A stretch of 64,000 nucleotides of DNA from NCBI GenBank assembly GCA_050175015.1, contig JBFXJJ010000006.1:85716-149715 (forward strand). Direction: 5' to 3'. Origin of the DNA: Alphaproteobacteria bacterium. Its GTDB lineage: Bacteria; Pseudomonadota; Alphaproteobacteria; JBFXJJ01. This document shows, one piece after another, positions 32,873 through 43,046 of the stretch (position 1 is its first letter; every line of letters begins with the position of its first letter). The position numbers and the translations under genes are program-made. The notes below the pieces were generated by a model. That model did not search any database, was not told the origin of the DNA, and worked only from the letters and a program-made list of their open reading frames with translations.

Positions 32873-34576
32873 ATGACAGATATTAAACAGCGTTTTGAAA
32901 CTCTTTATGGAGAAGATATTTCTCCAAAAATTGTTTCCCAATATGAAAATTTGATTGCAAAATATCAAAACCTAATTGGTCAGAGCAAAGAAATAAAACC
33001 CAAGTGGAATGAAAAAGATATTATTCTTATAACCTATGCCGATATGGTTAACAATACTGGAGAAAAAACTTTAAAAACTCTCCATAATTGGTTGAAAAAC
33101 CGCCTTAATGACACAACAAATATCGTCCATTTCCTTCCCTTCTTTCCATCTACTTCAGATGGTGGTTTTGCGGTAAGTGATTATAAAACAATTAATCCTG
33201 AGTTTGGAAACTGGGAAGATGTTGCCAATATCAAAAGTGATTTTGACTTAATGTTCGATTTTGTAATCAACCACTGTTCGGCATCACATTTCTGGTTTAA
33301 AGAATATCTAAAATCTAATTCTCCCTACACTGAATATTTCATTGAAGCATCACCTGACGATGAACGGCTAAAAAAAGTAACAAGAGCAAGAAGCCACCCT
33401 CTGTTAACCCCTTTTATGACGGCTAACGGTGAAAAATTTTTATGGACAACTTTTAGCACTGACCAAATAGATGTTAACTTTAAAAATCCAGATGTCCTGT
33501 TAGCTTATCTTGATATTCTATTATTTTATGTCTCAAAAGGTATGCGCATTGTTAGATTAGATGCCCTGCACTGCTGTTATAAGGAGCTGGGAACAAGTTG
33601 TATGAGCTTGCCTCAGACGCACGAAGTCTGCAAAATACTTCGTGATACGGTTCATAAAGTCGCACCTAGTGTCATTGTTCTAACGGAAACTAATCTGCCT
33701 CACGAAGAAAACATCAGTTACTTTGGAAATGGCGATGAAGCTGAAATGGTTTATCAATTTGCTCTGCCGCCGCTTATTCTTTATGCTCTGACTTTTGAGG
33801 ACGCTAGTCTGCTTAGTCTATGGGCAAAAGGTCTTGATAAAATTCCCCAAGACTGCACCTTCTTAAACTTTACCGCTTCTCACGATGGAATAGGCGTTCG
33901 GGCATTAGAAAAGCTAGCACCGCCTGATAAGTTTAAAGAACTTATATCTGTTATGGAAGCCAAAGGCGCTAAAATTAATACAAGACAACAACAAGATGGT
34001 TCCCATACCCCTTATGAAATATGTACGACCTATTTTGATGCTTTTAGTGAAGATAAAAACAACGTAACTTCCAAACAAATTAAAAAATTCTTATGCTCGC
34101 AGTGTATTCCATTAAGTCTTGCTGGAATTCCCGCTTTTTATTTTCATAGTTTTACAAGCTGCAGCAACAATTATGAAGGCTTATCAAAAACCAATCATAA
34201 TCGAGACTTAAACCGTTATAAATGGCAGCTCAACGAACTAGACAATCACCTAAACAGCGGCTATGGAAAACAAATTTTTGAAACTTTAAAAAATCTTATC
34301 ATTCTAAGAAAACAAACCCCAGAGTTTCACCCTGATGCAAAAATGGAAATTGTCGATTTAGATAAAAGCCTTTTTATAGTGAAACGAGAAAATTCGGCAG
34401 GGCAAAAAATTATAGCCATTCACAATGTTTCTGAAAAAACCATCAACTTTAATCTTGCCAAAATAGATGCGAAAGTAGTAAGCATTATTAATCCTTTGAA
34501 CAATCAAAAAATTGACCCTTCAAACAGCATTCTTACGCTTAACGATTTTGATGTTTACTGGATAAAGATTTCTTAA
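32873..34576 (+). CDS. GH13_18 sugar phosphorylase (glucosylglycerate/sucrose phosphorylase family, YcjM-like)
   Basis: ILITYAD, HFLPFFP..SDGGFAV, DFVINH.S, WTTFS.DQID.N, RLDA, TETN, SHDGIG.R; ATG at 32873 after a GAAAGG RBS. Confidence 0.88.
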   Translation: MTDIKQRFETLYGEDISPKIVSQYENLIAKYQNLIGQSKEIKPKWNEKDIILITYADMVNNTGEKTLKTLHNWLKNRLNDTTNIVHFLPFFPSTSDGGFAVSDYKTINPEFGNWEDVANIKSDFDLMFDFVINHCSASHFWFKEYLKSNSPYTEYFIEASPDDERLKKVTRARSHPLLTPFMTANGEKFLWTTFSTDQIDVNFKNPDVLLAYLDILLFYVSKGMRIVRLDALHCCYKELGTSCMSLPQTHEVCKILRDTVHKVAPSVIVLTETNLPHEENISYFGNGDEAEMVYQFALPPLILYALTFEDASLLSLWAKGLDKIPQDCTFLNFTASHDGIGVRALEKLAPPDKFKELISVMEAKGAKINTRQQQDGSHTPYEICTTYFDAFSEDKNNVTSKQIKKFLCSQCIPLSLAGIPAFYFHSFTSCSNNYEGLSKTNHNRDLNRYKWQLNELDNHLNSGYGKQIFETLKNLIILRKQTPEFHPDAKMEIVDLDKSLFIVKRENSAGQKIIAIHNVSEKTINFNLAKIDAKVVSIINPLNNQKIDPSNSILTLNDFDVYWIKIS

Positions 34577-34604
34577 TTTTTCTTTTTTTTAACGGTGATC
34601 TCTA

Positions 34605-35495
34605 GTGCAGCTAACTAAAAAGCAGAAAGCCGAGTTGTGGCTGGTTCTTACTACCTTAATTTGGGGTGGAACATTTGCTATCATTCAAGTCGGATTGAAT
34701 GATGCTAGCCCTTTTTTATTTTTATCAATAAGGTTTTTTATTTGCTTTTTAGTCTTAACGATATTCTTTCCTAAGATTTACAAAGATATCGACAAAGCCC
34801 TGCTGAAAAAAGGCATCATCTTAGGAATTTTGATGTTTGGCGGCTACGGATTACAATTTCTTGGTCTGAAATATACAACTGTTGCCAAGTCTAGTTTGAT
34901 AACCTACAGCTTTGTTTTACTGATTCCCTTCCTGCAATATTTCGTAAGAAAAAGAATGCCTCATATTGGCAATATAATTGGACTTATTATTGTAAGTGTT
35001 GGAATGATAATTCTTAATAATCCTGGACATACCACTTTTAATATTGGAGATTTAGTTACCTTTGGCAGCGCTTTTGTTTATGCCTTTTATGTCATAGGTT
35101 TAGATGCGATTAACTCCAACAAAACCCTTTTGCTGACTTCTATTCAATTTCTTGTAACAGCCGTACTTGGAATAATTTCGTCATTTTATTTTGAAGATGC
35201 TTATCTCAACCCAACAACCGATTTAGCTTTATGCCTATTCTTCTTAAGCATTCCTGCTGGCGTTATTGCGTTGTTCCTTCAAACCAATTTTCAAAAAGAA
35301 ACCAGCCCAGTTAAAGCTTGCATAATTTATGCCCTAGAACCAGTTTTCGCCATTATTTTAGGCTTTGTAATGCTCCATCAAACACTAAGCTCTTCAGAAA
35401 CCATAGGTGTTGCAATTATCTTATCTGGGGTACTTATTTCTGAAGCTTGGGGCTTTGTCCAAACAAAGTTTTTTACTAAAACAATCAAGTCTTAA
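34605..35495 (+). CDS. DMT/EamA family transporter
   Basis: IWGGTF, Q..GL.YTT..KS, N.GD, Q..TSP.KA.IIYALEPVFA; about 10 TM. Confidence 0.9.
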   Translation: MQLTKKQKAELWLVLTTLIWGGTFAIIQVGLNDASPFLFLSIRFFICFLVLTIFFPKIYKDIDKALLKKGIILGILMFGGYGLQFLGLKYTTVAKSSLITYSFVLLIPFLQYFVRKRMPHIGNIIGLIIVSVGMIILNNPGHTTFNIGDLVTFGSAFVYAFYVIGLDAINSNKTLLLTSIQFLVTAVLGIISSFYFEDAYLNPTTDLALCLFFLSIPAGVIALFLQTNFQKETSPVKACIIYALEPVFAIILGFVMLHQTLSSSETIGVAIILSGVLISEAWGFVQTKFFTKTIKS

Positions 35496-35534
35496 AAATT
35501 CGCTCTAATACTCTTAACAACTTATAAAATGAGA

Positions 35535-35563
35535 TTGACCTTGGGTATGTCTTGACATAGAAT
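35535..35563 (+). promoter_or_regulatory. Sigma70-like promoter for serC-serA
   Basis: TTGACC-N17-TAGAAT about 80 nt upstream of serC. Confidence 0.55.
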
Positions 35564-35644
35564 TTCAGACTGTTTCTTTTTCCATAAAATTCATATCTAT
35601 GGAAAATAATCATGCAATTTTTTTATATGAAGGAATTTTCATAA

Positions 35645-36808
35645 ATGAACAATGTTGTAAAACCTACATTACGCCCTAAATGTCCTAATTTCTCTTCAGG
35701 ACCTTGCGCTAAACGCCCTGGCTGGACGGTTAAAGCTTTAGAAAGTGCTTTAGTCGGACGCTCACACCGTTCCAAACCAGGAGCAGCAAGATTAAAAGAA
35801 TCTATCGACCTTATGGCTAAGGTTCTTAATCTTCCTGAAGGCTATCGTGTAGGTATTGTTGCAGGTTCTGATACTGGTGCTGTTGAAATGTGTATGTGGT
35901 CAATGCTTGGCGGTAGAGGCGTTGATGTTTTTGAATGGGAATCTTTCAGCGGCGGTTGGGTTACCGACATTACAAAACAATTAAAACTCGCCAATGTTAG
36001 AACTTTCAAAGCTCCTTACGGTGAGCTTCCAGACTTGACCCAAGCTGATTTTAAAAATGATGTCGTTTTTGTTTGGAATGGCACAACTTCAGGCGTAAAA
36101 GTACCTAATGGTGACTGGATTCCTGCTGATCGCGAAGGCATTACCATTTGCGACGCAACCTCGGCTGTTTATGCTATGAAACTTCCTTGGGAAAAATTAG
36201 ATGTTACAACTTTCTCTTGGCAGAAAGTTTTAGGCGGTGAAGCGGCTCACGGTGTTATCATTTTAAGCCCAAGAGCTATTGCTAGACTTGAAAGCTATAC
36301 CCCATCTTGGCCAATGCCAAAAATTTTCCGTATGGTAAGCAAGGGCAAAGTTAATGAAGCTTTGTTTGAAGGCTCAACAATCAACACGCCTTCAATGCTC
36401 TGCGTTGAAGACGTTATTGATGCCTTAAAATGGGCAGAAAGCATTGGTGGATCAGATGCGTTAGTTCGTCGTTCTAATGCTAATCTTGAAGCTCTTAGCA
36501 AATGGGTCAAAAAAACTGATTGGGTTGAATTTTTAGCCAAAGAAGAAGCATCACGTTCAAATACGTCCATCTGTTTATCAATCGTTGCCCCTTGGTTTAC
36601 CAAATTATCAGTCGAAGACCAATGGAAAGCCTCTAAGAAGATTACTTCCTTATTAGATAAAGAAGGTGTTGCCCACGATATTAATGCTTACAAAGATGCC
36701 CCTCCGGGAATCAGAGTATGGGGCGGTGCAACCGTTGAAACTTCTGATATTGAAGCTTTATGTGCTTGGCTTGACTGGGCATATGCTGAAGTTGCCAAAG
36801 AATATTAA
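35645..36808 (+). CDS. serC: Phosphoserine aminotransferase (alphaproteobacterial/Methanosarcina type)
   Basis: [51 protein letters not shown]. Confidence 0.96.
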   Translation: MNNVVKPTLRPKCPNFSSGPCAKRPGWTVKALESALVGRSHRSKPGAARLKESIDLMAKVLNLPEGYRVGIVAGSDTGAVEMCMWSMLGGRGVDVFEWESFSGGWVTDITKQLKLANVRTFKAPYGELPDLTQADFKNDVVFVWNGTTSGVKVPNGDWIPADREGITICDATSAVYAMKLPWEKLDVTTFSWQKVLGGEAAHGVIILSPRAIARLESYTPSWPMPKIFRMVSKGKVNEALFEGSTINTPSMLCVEDVIDALKWAESIGGSDALVRRSNANLEALSKWVKKTDWVEFLAKEEASRSNTSICLSIVAPWFTKLSVEDQWKASKKITSLLDKEGVAHDINAYKDAPPGIRVWGGATVETSDIEALCAWLDWAYAEVAKEY

Positions 36809-36837
36809 TTTTAACCTTATTTTTTTAGGAGTATCTA

Positions 36838-37794
36838 ATGCCAAAAGTTTTAGTCGCTGACAAACTAAGTAATGAAGCTGTTGCCATCTTTCAAAAGAAT
36901 GGCATTGAAACTGTTGTTAAAACAGGTATGACAACCGATGAATTTGTTAAAGAAATCGCTGATGTTGATGGCTTAGTTGTTCGTTCAGCAGCAAAACCAA
37001 ATGCCGAAATTATTAAAGCTGGAAAAAATCTTAAAGTAATCGGCAGAGCTGGAATTGGCGTTGACAACATAGATATTGCTGCTGCTAGCGCACAAAAAGT
37101 TATTGTAATGAACACCCCTTTCGGTAATACCATTACAACCGCTGAACACGCTGTTGCAATGATGATGTCTCTTGCCCGCAATATCCCACAAGCAAATGCT
37201 GAAATGACAGATGGTGCTTGGCCTAAAGCAAAATATCAAGGCGTTGAGCTATGCGGCAAGACTCTTGGTGTTGTTGGCTGCGGCAATATTGGTTCGATTG
37301 TCGCTGACAGAGGTCTTGGTTTAAAAATGAAAGTTATCGCTTTTGATCCATTCCTAACTGAAGAAAAAGCAACCACTTGGGGTATTACTAAAGTAGAACT
37401 CGACGAACTTTTAAAGAGCGCTGACTTTATTACGCTCCACACACCATCAACCCCTGAAACTAAAGGTATGATTAATAAAGACAGTATCGCAAAAATGAAA
37501 AAAGGCGTTTACATTATTAACTGTGCTAGAGGTAATTTAGTTGTTGCTGAAGATTTGGTTGCAGCGATTGACAATGGTCAGGTTTCTGGTGCCGCTATCG
37601 ACGTTTTTGATGGGGAACCTCCTGCCGAAGATCACGTTTTCCGCAAGCACCCCAAAGTAATCTGCACACCGCATCTTGGAGCCTCAACGAAAGAAGCCGA
37701 AGAAAAAGTATCTTTGCAGGTTGCGGAACAAATTTCGGAATATCTCTTAACAGGTAAAGCTGTTAACGTAATTAACAAAGATGTTCTAAAATAA
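36838..37794 (+). CDS. serA: D-3-phosphoglycerate dehydrogenase (short; no ASB/ACT domain)
   Basis: GRAGIGVDNID, MNTPFGN..TTAEH, G.GNIG, INCARG, TPHLGAST.EA; follows serC. Confidence 0.9.
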   Translation: MPKVLVADKLSNEAVAIFQKNGIETVVKTGMTTDEFVKEIADVDGLVVRSAAKPNAEIIKAGKNLKVIGRAGIGVDNIDIAAASAQKVIVMNTPFGNTITTAEHAVAMMMSLARNIPQANAEMTDGAWPKAKYQGVELCGKTLGVVGCGNIGSIVADRGLGLKMKVIAFDPFLTEEKATTWGITKVELDELLKSADFITLHTPSTPETKGMINKDSIAKMKKGVYIINCARGNLVVAEDLVAAIDNGQVSGAAIDVFDGEPPAEDHVFRKHPKVICTPHLGASTKEAEEKVSLQVAEQISEYLLTGKAVNVINKDVLK

Positions 37795-37812
37795 AAAATA
37801 TGTAACTAAACG

Positions 37813-37847
37813 AAAAGCGGCTCTTAATTTTTAGGAACCGCTTTTTT
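37813..37847 (+). terminator. Rho-independent terminator after serA
   Basis: aaaagcgg...ccgctttttt. Confidence 0.75.
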
Positions 37848-37881
37848 CTTATATTTAATCTCTAATTTTGATGGATACTAT

Positions 37882-38442
37882 ATGACAAAGAATTTCAAAA
37901 AATTTAATTTATTATTAGCTTTATTATTATCTGGCTGTTTTGTAACTGCCACTTTACAAAAAGAACCTCCTATGGTTGTGAGAGATGGCAAAGCCCCTAA
38001 AGCTGCATTCATCACTTATTCTGATGACAAAGATGTCGCTTCTTTTGCTCAAGAAAAATTAAAAACCTGCCTTGAAACACGCAATGTTTTCAAATTTGTT
38101 GACAGCAAAAAAGTTGCCGCTGCTATAAAAAAAGCTGGGATTGATACCAATAAAATTTATGGTCTAAGCAACGATGATTATAAAAAATTAGCCGAAAGCT
38201 TAAAAGTTGATTATGTTTTTTTTGGTAATTTAGGCGTTGTTAAAGCTCTTAAACTTACAGGCTGGCGCAAAGATATTTATTCTTTGTTCTATCTTTATGA
38301 TAATCAGAAAGGCGATAAAGTTAACTCTTGGCGCTCTGACACAACAATGACAACGACTGATGCCGCAAGTGAACTTGATGCCTTAAAAATGTCAGAATCT
38401 GTCATAAATCATACTTGTGCTAAAATTATTGAAGATTTCTAA
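37882..38442 (+). CDS. Hypothetical lipoprotein
   Basis: Lipobox LLSGC after a basic/hydrophobic leader. Confidence 0.75.
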   Translation: MTKNFKKFNLLLALLLSGCFVTATLQKEPPMVVRDGKAPKAAFITYSDDKDVASFAQEKLKTCLETRNVFKFVDSKKVAAAIKKAGIDTNKIYGLSNDDYKKLAESLKVDYVFFGNLGVVKALKLTGWRKDIYSLFYLYDNQKGDKVNSWRSDTTMTTTDAASELDALKMSESVINHTCAKIIEDF

Positions 38443-38450
38443 AATAACTT

Positions 38451-38486
38451 AAAAAAAAGAGGGGAATGCAAATTCCCTTCTTTTTT
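38451..38486. terminator. Bidirectional terminator
   Basis: aaaaaaaagaggggaat-gcaa-attcccttctttttt between convergent genes. Confidence 0.75.
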
Positions 38487-38661
38487 ATTTAAACAGCCTG
38501 TAATAAAATTGTGTTTGCTATTCTTACTATGATACAAAACTGAATCTTCAAATAACGATATATTCTAAAAATTATTATTTTTCTTCTTAGAATCTGTCAC
38601 AATAAATGGTTGATATTTGTCATTTTTAAAGATTTGATTACATCAAGCTTTTACTATTACT

Positions 38662-39558
38662 TTATTTTTGAAGTTGCAATTGTTTAGGTTCTTGATATGT
38701 ACAAAATAGAGTATTTGCTCCCCTAAGAATATCTTGCACTTTCAAATCGTCTGGTTCATTAACATAATACTCTGCTGTATTATTATATAGGCTTAAAAGT
38801 AAACAAGGTGGCTTAGCAATATCTTGAATATAGCACTTCTTCTTTTCATTAATAAATTGTCTTTCAATAATCATTTTGCTAAGTGCAGAAACAGACGTTT
38901 GCGATGGAATCCATATATCTATTGTATCCCCCATACCTTTACTTAATGACACATTTATATATTCTTTTTTTATGATAGAATCCATTGTTTTGATACTACA
39001 ATGATAATGATTATGAATATAAATAGCTTTGCAATCTTTAGGAATATACTTTTTTATTTTAGGTTCAATATAAATCATATCAAACTCACTCAAAGGAGCG
39101 GTCATCGAACAAAAATTATGTTCATCTGTTGAATATAGTACATAATAGCCGTTATAATAAAAAACGCCGTTACTATTTGGCTTTGGTATGAAGTTATCCT
39201 TAACGAACAGCATTTCTGCCAAATCCATATTTATATCATCTAAGGAAAACTGATGCTTTGCATTTTTATTCGACGATGGAAATTCTCTTAATAAGATGGT
39301 AGAGTTCTTAACATATTTGTCATATAACTCATTAAAATCTTCTTTAGTGGGGTTATTGAACTCTGCAAGCATAAGTGTTTTATAACACGATAAGCTTATT
39401 TGAGCATATTCAAAATAATCATCATTTTTGTTAGGATGCCCATATGCAATTGCATATATTTTATAACCATTAACATAAAAATAACCAATATCTATTCTTA
39501 TTGTACTTGTCAGCACTTTTGTAAGAATATAGTTAATGCTTTTATATAATGGGCCCAT
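38662..39558 (-). CDS. Hypothetical protein (very AT-rich, Tyr/Ile-rich orphan)
   Basis: 298-aa ORF with an AAGGAG RBS upstream; no recognisable motif. Confidence 0.65.
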   Translation of the reverse strand: MGPLYKSINYILTKVLTSTIRIDIGYFYVNGYKIYAIAYGHPNKNDDYFEYAQISLSCYKTLMLAEFNNPTKEDFNELYDKYVKNSTILLREFPSSNKNAKHQFSLDDINMDLAEMLFVKDNFIPKPNSNGVFYYNGYYVLYSTDEHNFCSMTAPLSEFDMIYIEPKIKKYIPKDCKAIYIHNHYHCSIKTMDSIIKKEYINVSLSKGMGDTIDIWIPSQTSVSALSKMIIERQFINEKKKCYIQDIAKPPCLLLSLYNNTAEYYVNEPDDLKVQDILRGANTLFCTYQEPKQLQLQK

Positions 39559-39648
39559 ATATTCTTATCTCCTTATTGAACCAAGTCTTTATTCCACAAT
39601 ATACAATCAACATTATGTTTCATCTATAATTAAATTCTTTATAGTCAT

Positions 39649-39682
39649 AAAAAAATCCTTAAAATACAAAGTTTAAGGATTT
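39649..39682 (-). terminator. Probable terminator after the 137-aa ORF
   Basis: aaaaaaatccttaaa...tttaaggattt; poly-T tail on the minus strand. Confidence 0.55.
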
Positions 39683-39746
39683 ATAAAAGTTTATAATAAT
39701 ATAAAAAATAGATTCTATATAAATATATTAATTAAGAGTTTTTATC

Positions 39747-40160
39747 TTATCTGCCTTTACTTGCAGCCATTGCTGCTGCTAGTTTTTTTGATGCTTCATC
39801 AAGCTTTGCTCCGTCAGATAAGCTTAATGCATATTTGCTGTGTTTGGCACTTTTTAAATCAAAGCCTTTACTTTGCATAATAGTATTATATTTTTCAGCA
39901 ACAAAAGCTTCAATTTCAGAATTTTTGGACATTGTCTTAGGAATAGATATTGGCATTTGCCTTGCCTTTTGAACTTTATTAACTTCGCCTGTTCCTCGTT
40001 CCATAGCATTAAGGTTGGTTAAAACCATACCCAAGCTCATTCGAGCTGATTTTGCTTTGGGAATTTCAGTACTATACAAAAGCTTAAGGTTCTGCTCAAG
40101 CGAACGCTTACACCATAAGAAAGAATTATCTGCCCTTTGAGTTATGTTATTTACAACCAT
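39747..40160 (-). CDS. Hypothetical basic protein
   Basis: 137-aa ORF with an AAGGAG RBS; ends in AAAMAASKGR. Confidence 0.7.
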   Translation of the reverse strand: MVVNNITQRADNSFLWCKRSLEQNLKLLYSTEIPKAKSARMSLGMVLTNLNAMERGTGEVNKVQKARQMPISIPKTMSKNSEIEAFVAEKYNTIMQSKGFDLKSAKHSKYALSLSDGAKLDEASKKLAAAMAASKGR

Positions 40161-40415
40161 AGAAGGCTCTCCTTAATAAAAATACAAAGATATAACATAC
40201 TAGTTAAGTATATAACATATTTTTGGACTTTTTGGAAATATTTTTTTGCAATTTTGGAAAATAAAAAAGAAAATTTAGCTCCATTATAAATTAAGTTATT
40301 GATAAAAAGGAAAAACAATCAAGAAAAAAGTTGCAATTGATGCAATATTTTTATTTAATATTAGTATGAAATAATACATAATATATTAAAAATTTTTTAT
40401 GGAAGGGTTAAAAAT

Positions 40416-40907
40416 ATGTCCGAAGATCACGACCGCGTTATATTTTGTGGCTGCATAATGAAAACTTCCCCAGATTGTGTTCACAAAGATGAAAAACTCG
40501 GAACAGCTATAAAAAAGATGATAGATGGGCATATTAGGTTTATTCCAGTTCTTGATGGTGACGGGGTATTGCTTGGTGAAGTTAATGCCGAAAACCTAGT
40601 TCATAACCTGCTTCCGAAGTCTATGAGACTTCTTAATCCATCAAACAGATCCAACTTTTTAAGAGAAACTATCCAAGATTTCAAAGAACGTCTTGACGCA
40701 ATGCTTGAAGATAAAGTAAAACAGCATTTGCAAACAATGCCGATGGTGGTTGAAACTGCTCCTGCTGCGCAAGCTCTAGCTATGATTTGTAACACACATC
40801 GACTTATTGCCGTTGTAGACAATGAAAAAGATAAAAAATTAAAAGGTATAATTGATTTTACCTCTATTTTATCTGCAATAGAAAAGTGTAAAAAAGTTGA
40901 ATCTTAA
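40416..40907 (+). CDS. CBS-domain protein
   Basis: Tandem CBS pattern: IPVLDGDG.LLG and IAVVD...LKGII. Confidence 0.8.
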   Translation: MSEDHDRVIFCGCIMKTSPDCVHKDEKLGTAIKKMIDGHIRFIPVLDGDGVLLGEVNAENLVHNLLPKSMRLLNPSNRSNFLRETIQDFKERLDAMLEDKVKQHLQTMPMVVETAPAAQALAMICNTHRLIAVVDNEKDKKLKGIIDFTSILSAIEKCKKVES

Positions 40908-40940
40908 AATTTAAAAATCAATAAAAAATCAGGCAGAAAA

Positions 40941-42296
40941 ATGCATTCTACTATTACTGAAACAGTAGCAACGACTCACGTTGTTATGAATATGAATCCT
41001 GTTTTTATGGCTTCTCTTATTCTTGTGTTATCTTACCTCGTTTTATTTACTGAAAAAGTTAACAGTGCAGTTGTTGCTTTAATCGGCGGCGCCTTTATGG
41101 TTTTTTCAGGTATTATAAACGAGGAACAAGCGTTTGAAGGCGTTGACTTTAACACGTTATCGCTTTTGATTGGAATGATGTCCATTGTTGGAATCGCAGA
41201 AAAAAGCGGCATCTTCCAATATGTGGCAATTTGGTCGGCAAAAAAAGTTAGGGCAAATCCTAGAGCTATCTTAGCTATGATGATTGTGATTACCGCTTTA
41301 TTTTCAGCATTCCTTGATAATGTTACAACCGTTCTTCTGATTGTTCCTGTAACCTTTCTTGTTTGTGAAAAGCTTGAAGTTGAGCCTTATCCGTTTATTG
41401 TAGCGGAAATTTTTGCATCGAATATTGGCGGTACAGCGACTTTAATTGGCGACCCTCCCAACATTATTATTGGTTCCGCAGCACAACTTTCTTTTACAGA
41501 TTTTATGTTTGAATTAGGGCCTTTGATTCTATTTTGTTTGGCTGCTCTTATCGTATTCATGGACTTTTTATATGGTAGAAAGATGATATCTTCTTTACGC
41601 TCTAGAGCTAAAGTTATGATGTTTGACGAGAGAGACAGCATTACCGATAAAATATTACTAATAAAATCTTTAGTTATTATCTTTTTGGTTATATGCGGTT
41701 TTGTTGCAGCTGAACATATTCACATTCAAAACGGAACAATAGCTATGTTTGGAGCGGCTGTTCTTTTAATGCTTTACGTTAAAGGCAATGAAAAAGATGA
41801 GCAAGACAAAAAAGTTGAAGCTGTTTTTGCCCATGTTGATTGGACAACCATTTTCTTCTTTGCAGGCTTATTCGTTATCGTTACAGGTTTTGAGCAAGTT
41901 GGTCTTCTAGAAGTTATGGGGCAATGGATTTTAGAAATATCTAAAGGCAGCCTTATTATTACAACAATGGCTCTTACTTGGATTTCGGCTATAGTTTCTT
42001 CTGTTATTAATAATATTCCTTTCGTTGCTACGATGATCCCTATGATTAACAGCATTGAACCAGACTTAGGCGGGAGAGAAGCTGCTATGCCATTATGGTG
42101 GGCTCTGTCTCTTGGTGCTTGCTTGGGTGGCAACGGTACCCTAGTTGGAGCATCGGCTAACGTTATGGTTGCTGGTATGGCTCAAAGAATGGGATATCAA
42201 GTAAGTTTTGGTAAGTTTTTAATATTAAGCTTGCCCGTTATGTTAGGAACAATGGTTCTATCAACTTTATACTTATACATAAGACATTTTATGTAA
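40941..42296 (+). CDS. ArsB/NhaD (P-protein-like) ion transporter
   Basis: SAFLDNVTTVL, ASNIGGTATLIGDPPNIII, NNIPFVATMIP, GACLGGNGTLVGASAN. Confidence 0.92.
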   Translation: MHSTITETVATTHVVMNMNPVFMASLILVLSYLVLFTEKVNSAVVALIGGAFMVFSGIINEEQAFEGVDFNTLSLLIGMMSIVGIAEKSGIFQYVAIWSAKKVRANPRAILAMMIVITALFSAFLDNVTTVLLIVPVTFLVCEKLEVEPYPFIVAEIFASNIGGTATLIGDPPNIIIGSAAQLSFTDFMFELGPLILFCLAALIVFMDFLYGRKMISSLRSRAKVMMFDERDSITDKILLIKSLVIIFLVICGFVAAEHIHIQNGTIAMFGAAVLLMLYVKGNEKDEQDKKVEAVFAHVDWTTIFFFAGLFVIVTGFEQVGLLEVMGQWILEISKGSLIITTMALTWISAIVSSVINNIPFVATMIPMINSIEPDLGGREAAMPLWWALSLGACLGGNGTLVGASANVMVAGMAQRMGYQVSFGKFLILSLPVMLGTMVLSTLYLYIRHFM

Positions 42297-42305
42297 TATT
42301 AAATT

Positions 42306-42344
42306 TAGAACCTGTCTAAAAATTTAGATAGGTTCTAGTTTTTT
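42306..42344 (+). terminator. Terminator after the ArsB/NhaD gene
   Basis: tagaacctgtctaaa...tttagataggttcta followed by gtttttt. Confidence 0.7.
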
Positions 42345-42361
42345 AATCTATACGAGGCTAA

Positions 42362-43009
42362 ATGTTTACAGGAATTGTTCAAGGCCTAGGCAAGATAACA
42401 AAAATCAATAAATCTTCTAATGAAGTTATTTTTGACATTTGCCCTTTATTTAAGATTAACGATTATACAAAAGGTGAAAGCATAGCTGTTAATGGCGCTT
42501 GCTTAACTGTTGAGAAATTTGATGATAGCTCTTTTAGTGTTTATGCTTCACAAGAAACCTTAAATAAAACCAACTTAAAAGAACTAGCAATCGATTCTAT
42601 TGTTAATCTAGAAAGAGCGCTTAGTCTAAAAGACAGACTTGGCGGTCATTTGGTAACGGGTCATATTGATGGCACTATAAAACTCAAACATATTTTAAAA
42701 GCAAATTCATCAATAAAACTTGTTTTTGAAATGCCTGAAGAATTTTATCCATTTATTGTCAGCAAAGGCTCCGTTTGTTTAGATGGTATTAGTTTGACAG
42801 TTAATGAATGTCTTGGCGATAGTTTTGATGTCAATATTATTCCCGAAACACAAAATGAAACTACAATTAAGCATTGGTCTGTTGGTGATGCTATTAATTT
42901 AGAAACAGATATCCTTGGCAAATATGTTTATAAGAACCTTGGTTTCAATAAAGATAAAGTTAAGTCCAATATTAGTTTTGAATTTTTAGCAGAAAACGGC
43001 TATATGTAA
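42362..43009 (+). CDS. ribE: Riboflavin synthase (alpha chain)
   Basis: MFTGIV, GESIAVNGACLTV, NLERAL...DRLGGH.VTGH, DGISLTVN. Confidence 0.96.
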   Translation: MFTGIVQGLGKITKINKSSNEVIFDICPLFKINDYTKGESIAVNGACLTVEKFDDSSFSVYASQETLNKTNLKELAIDSIVNLERALSLKDRLGGHLVTGHIDGTIKLKHILKANSSIKLVFEMPEEFYPFIVSKGSVCLDGISLTVNECLGDSFDVNIIPETQNETTIKHWSVGDAINLETDILGKYVYKNLGFNKDKVKSNISFEFLAENGYM

Positions 43010-43046
43010 TTATCTATTATTTCTTAGATGTAAGGATTTTTAAATA

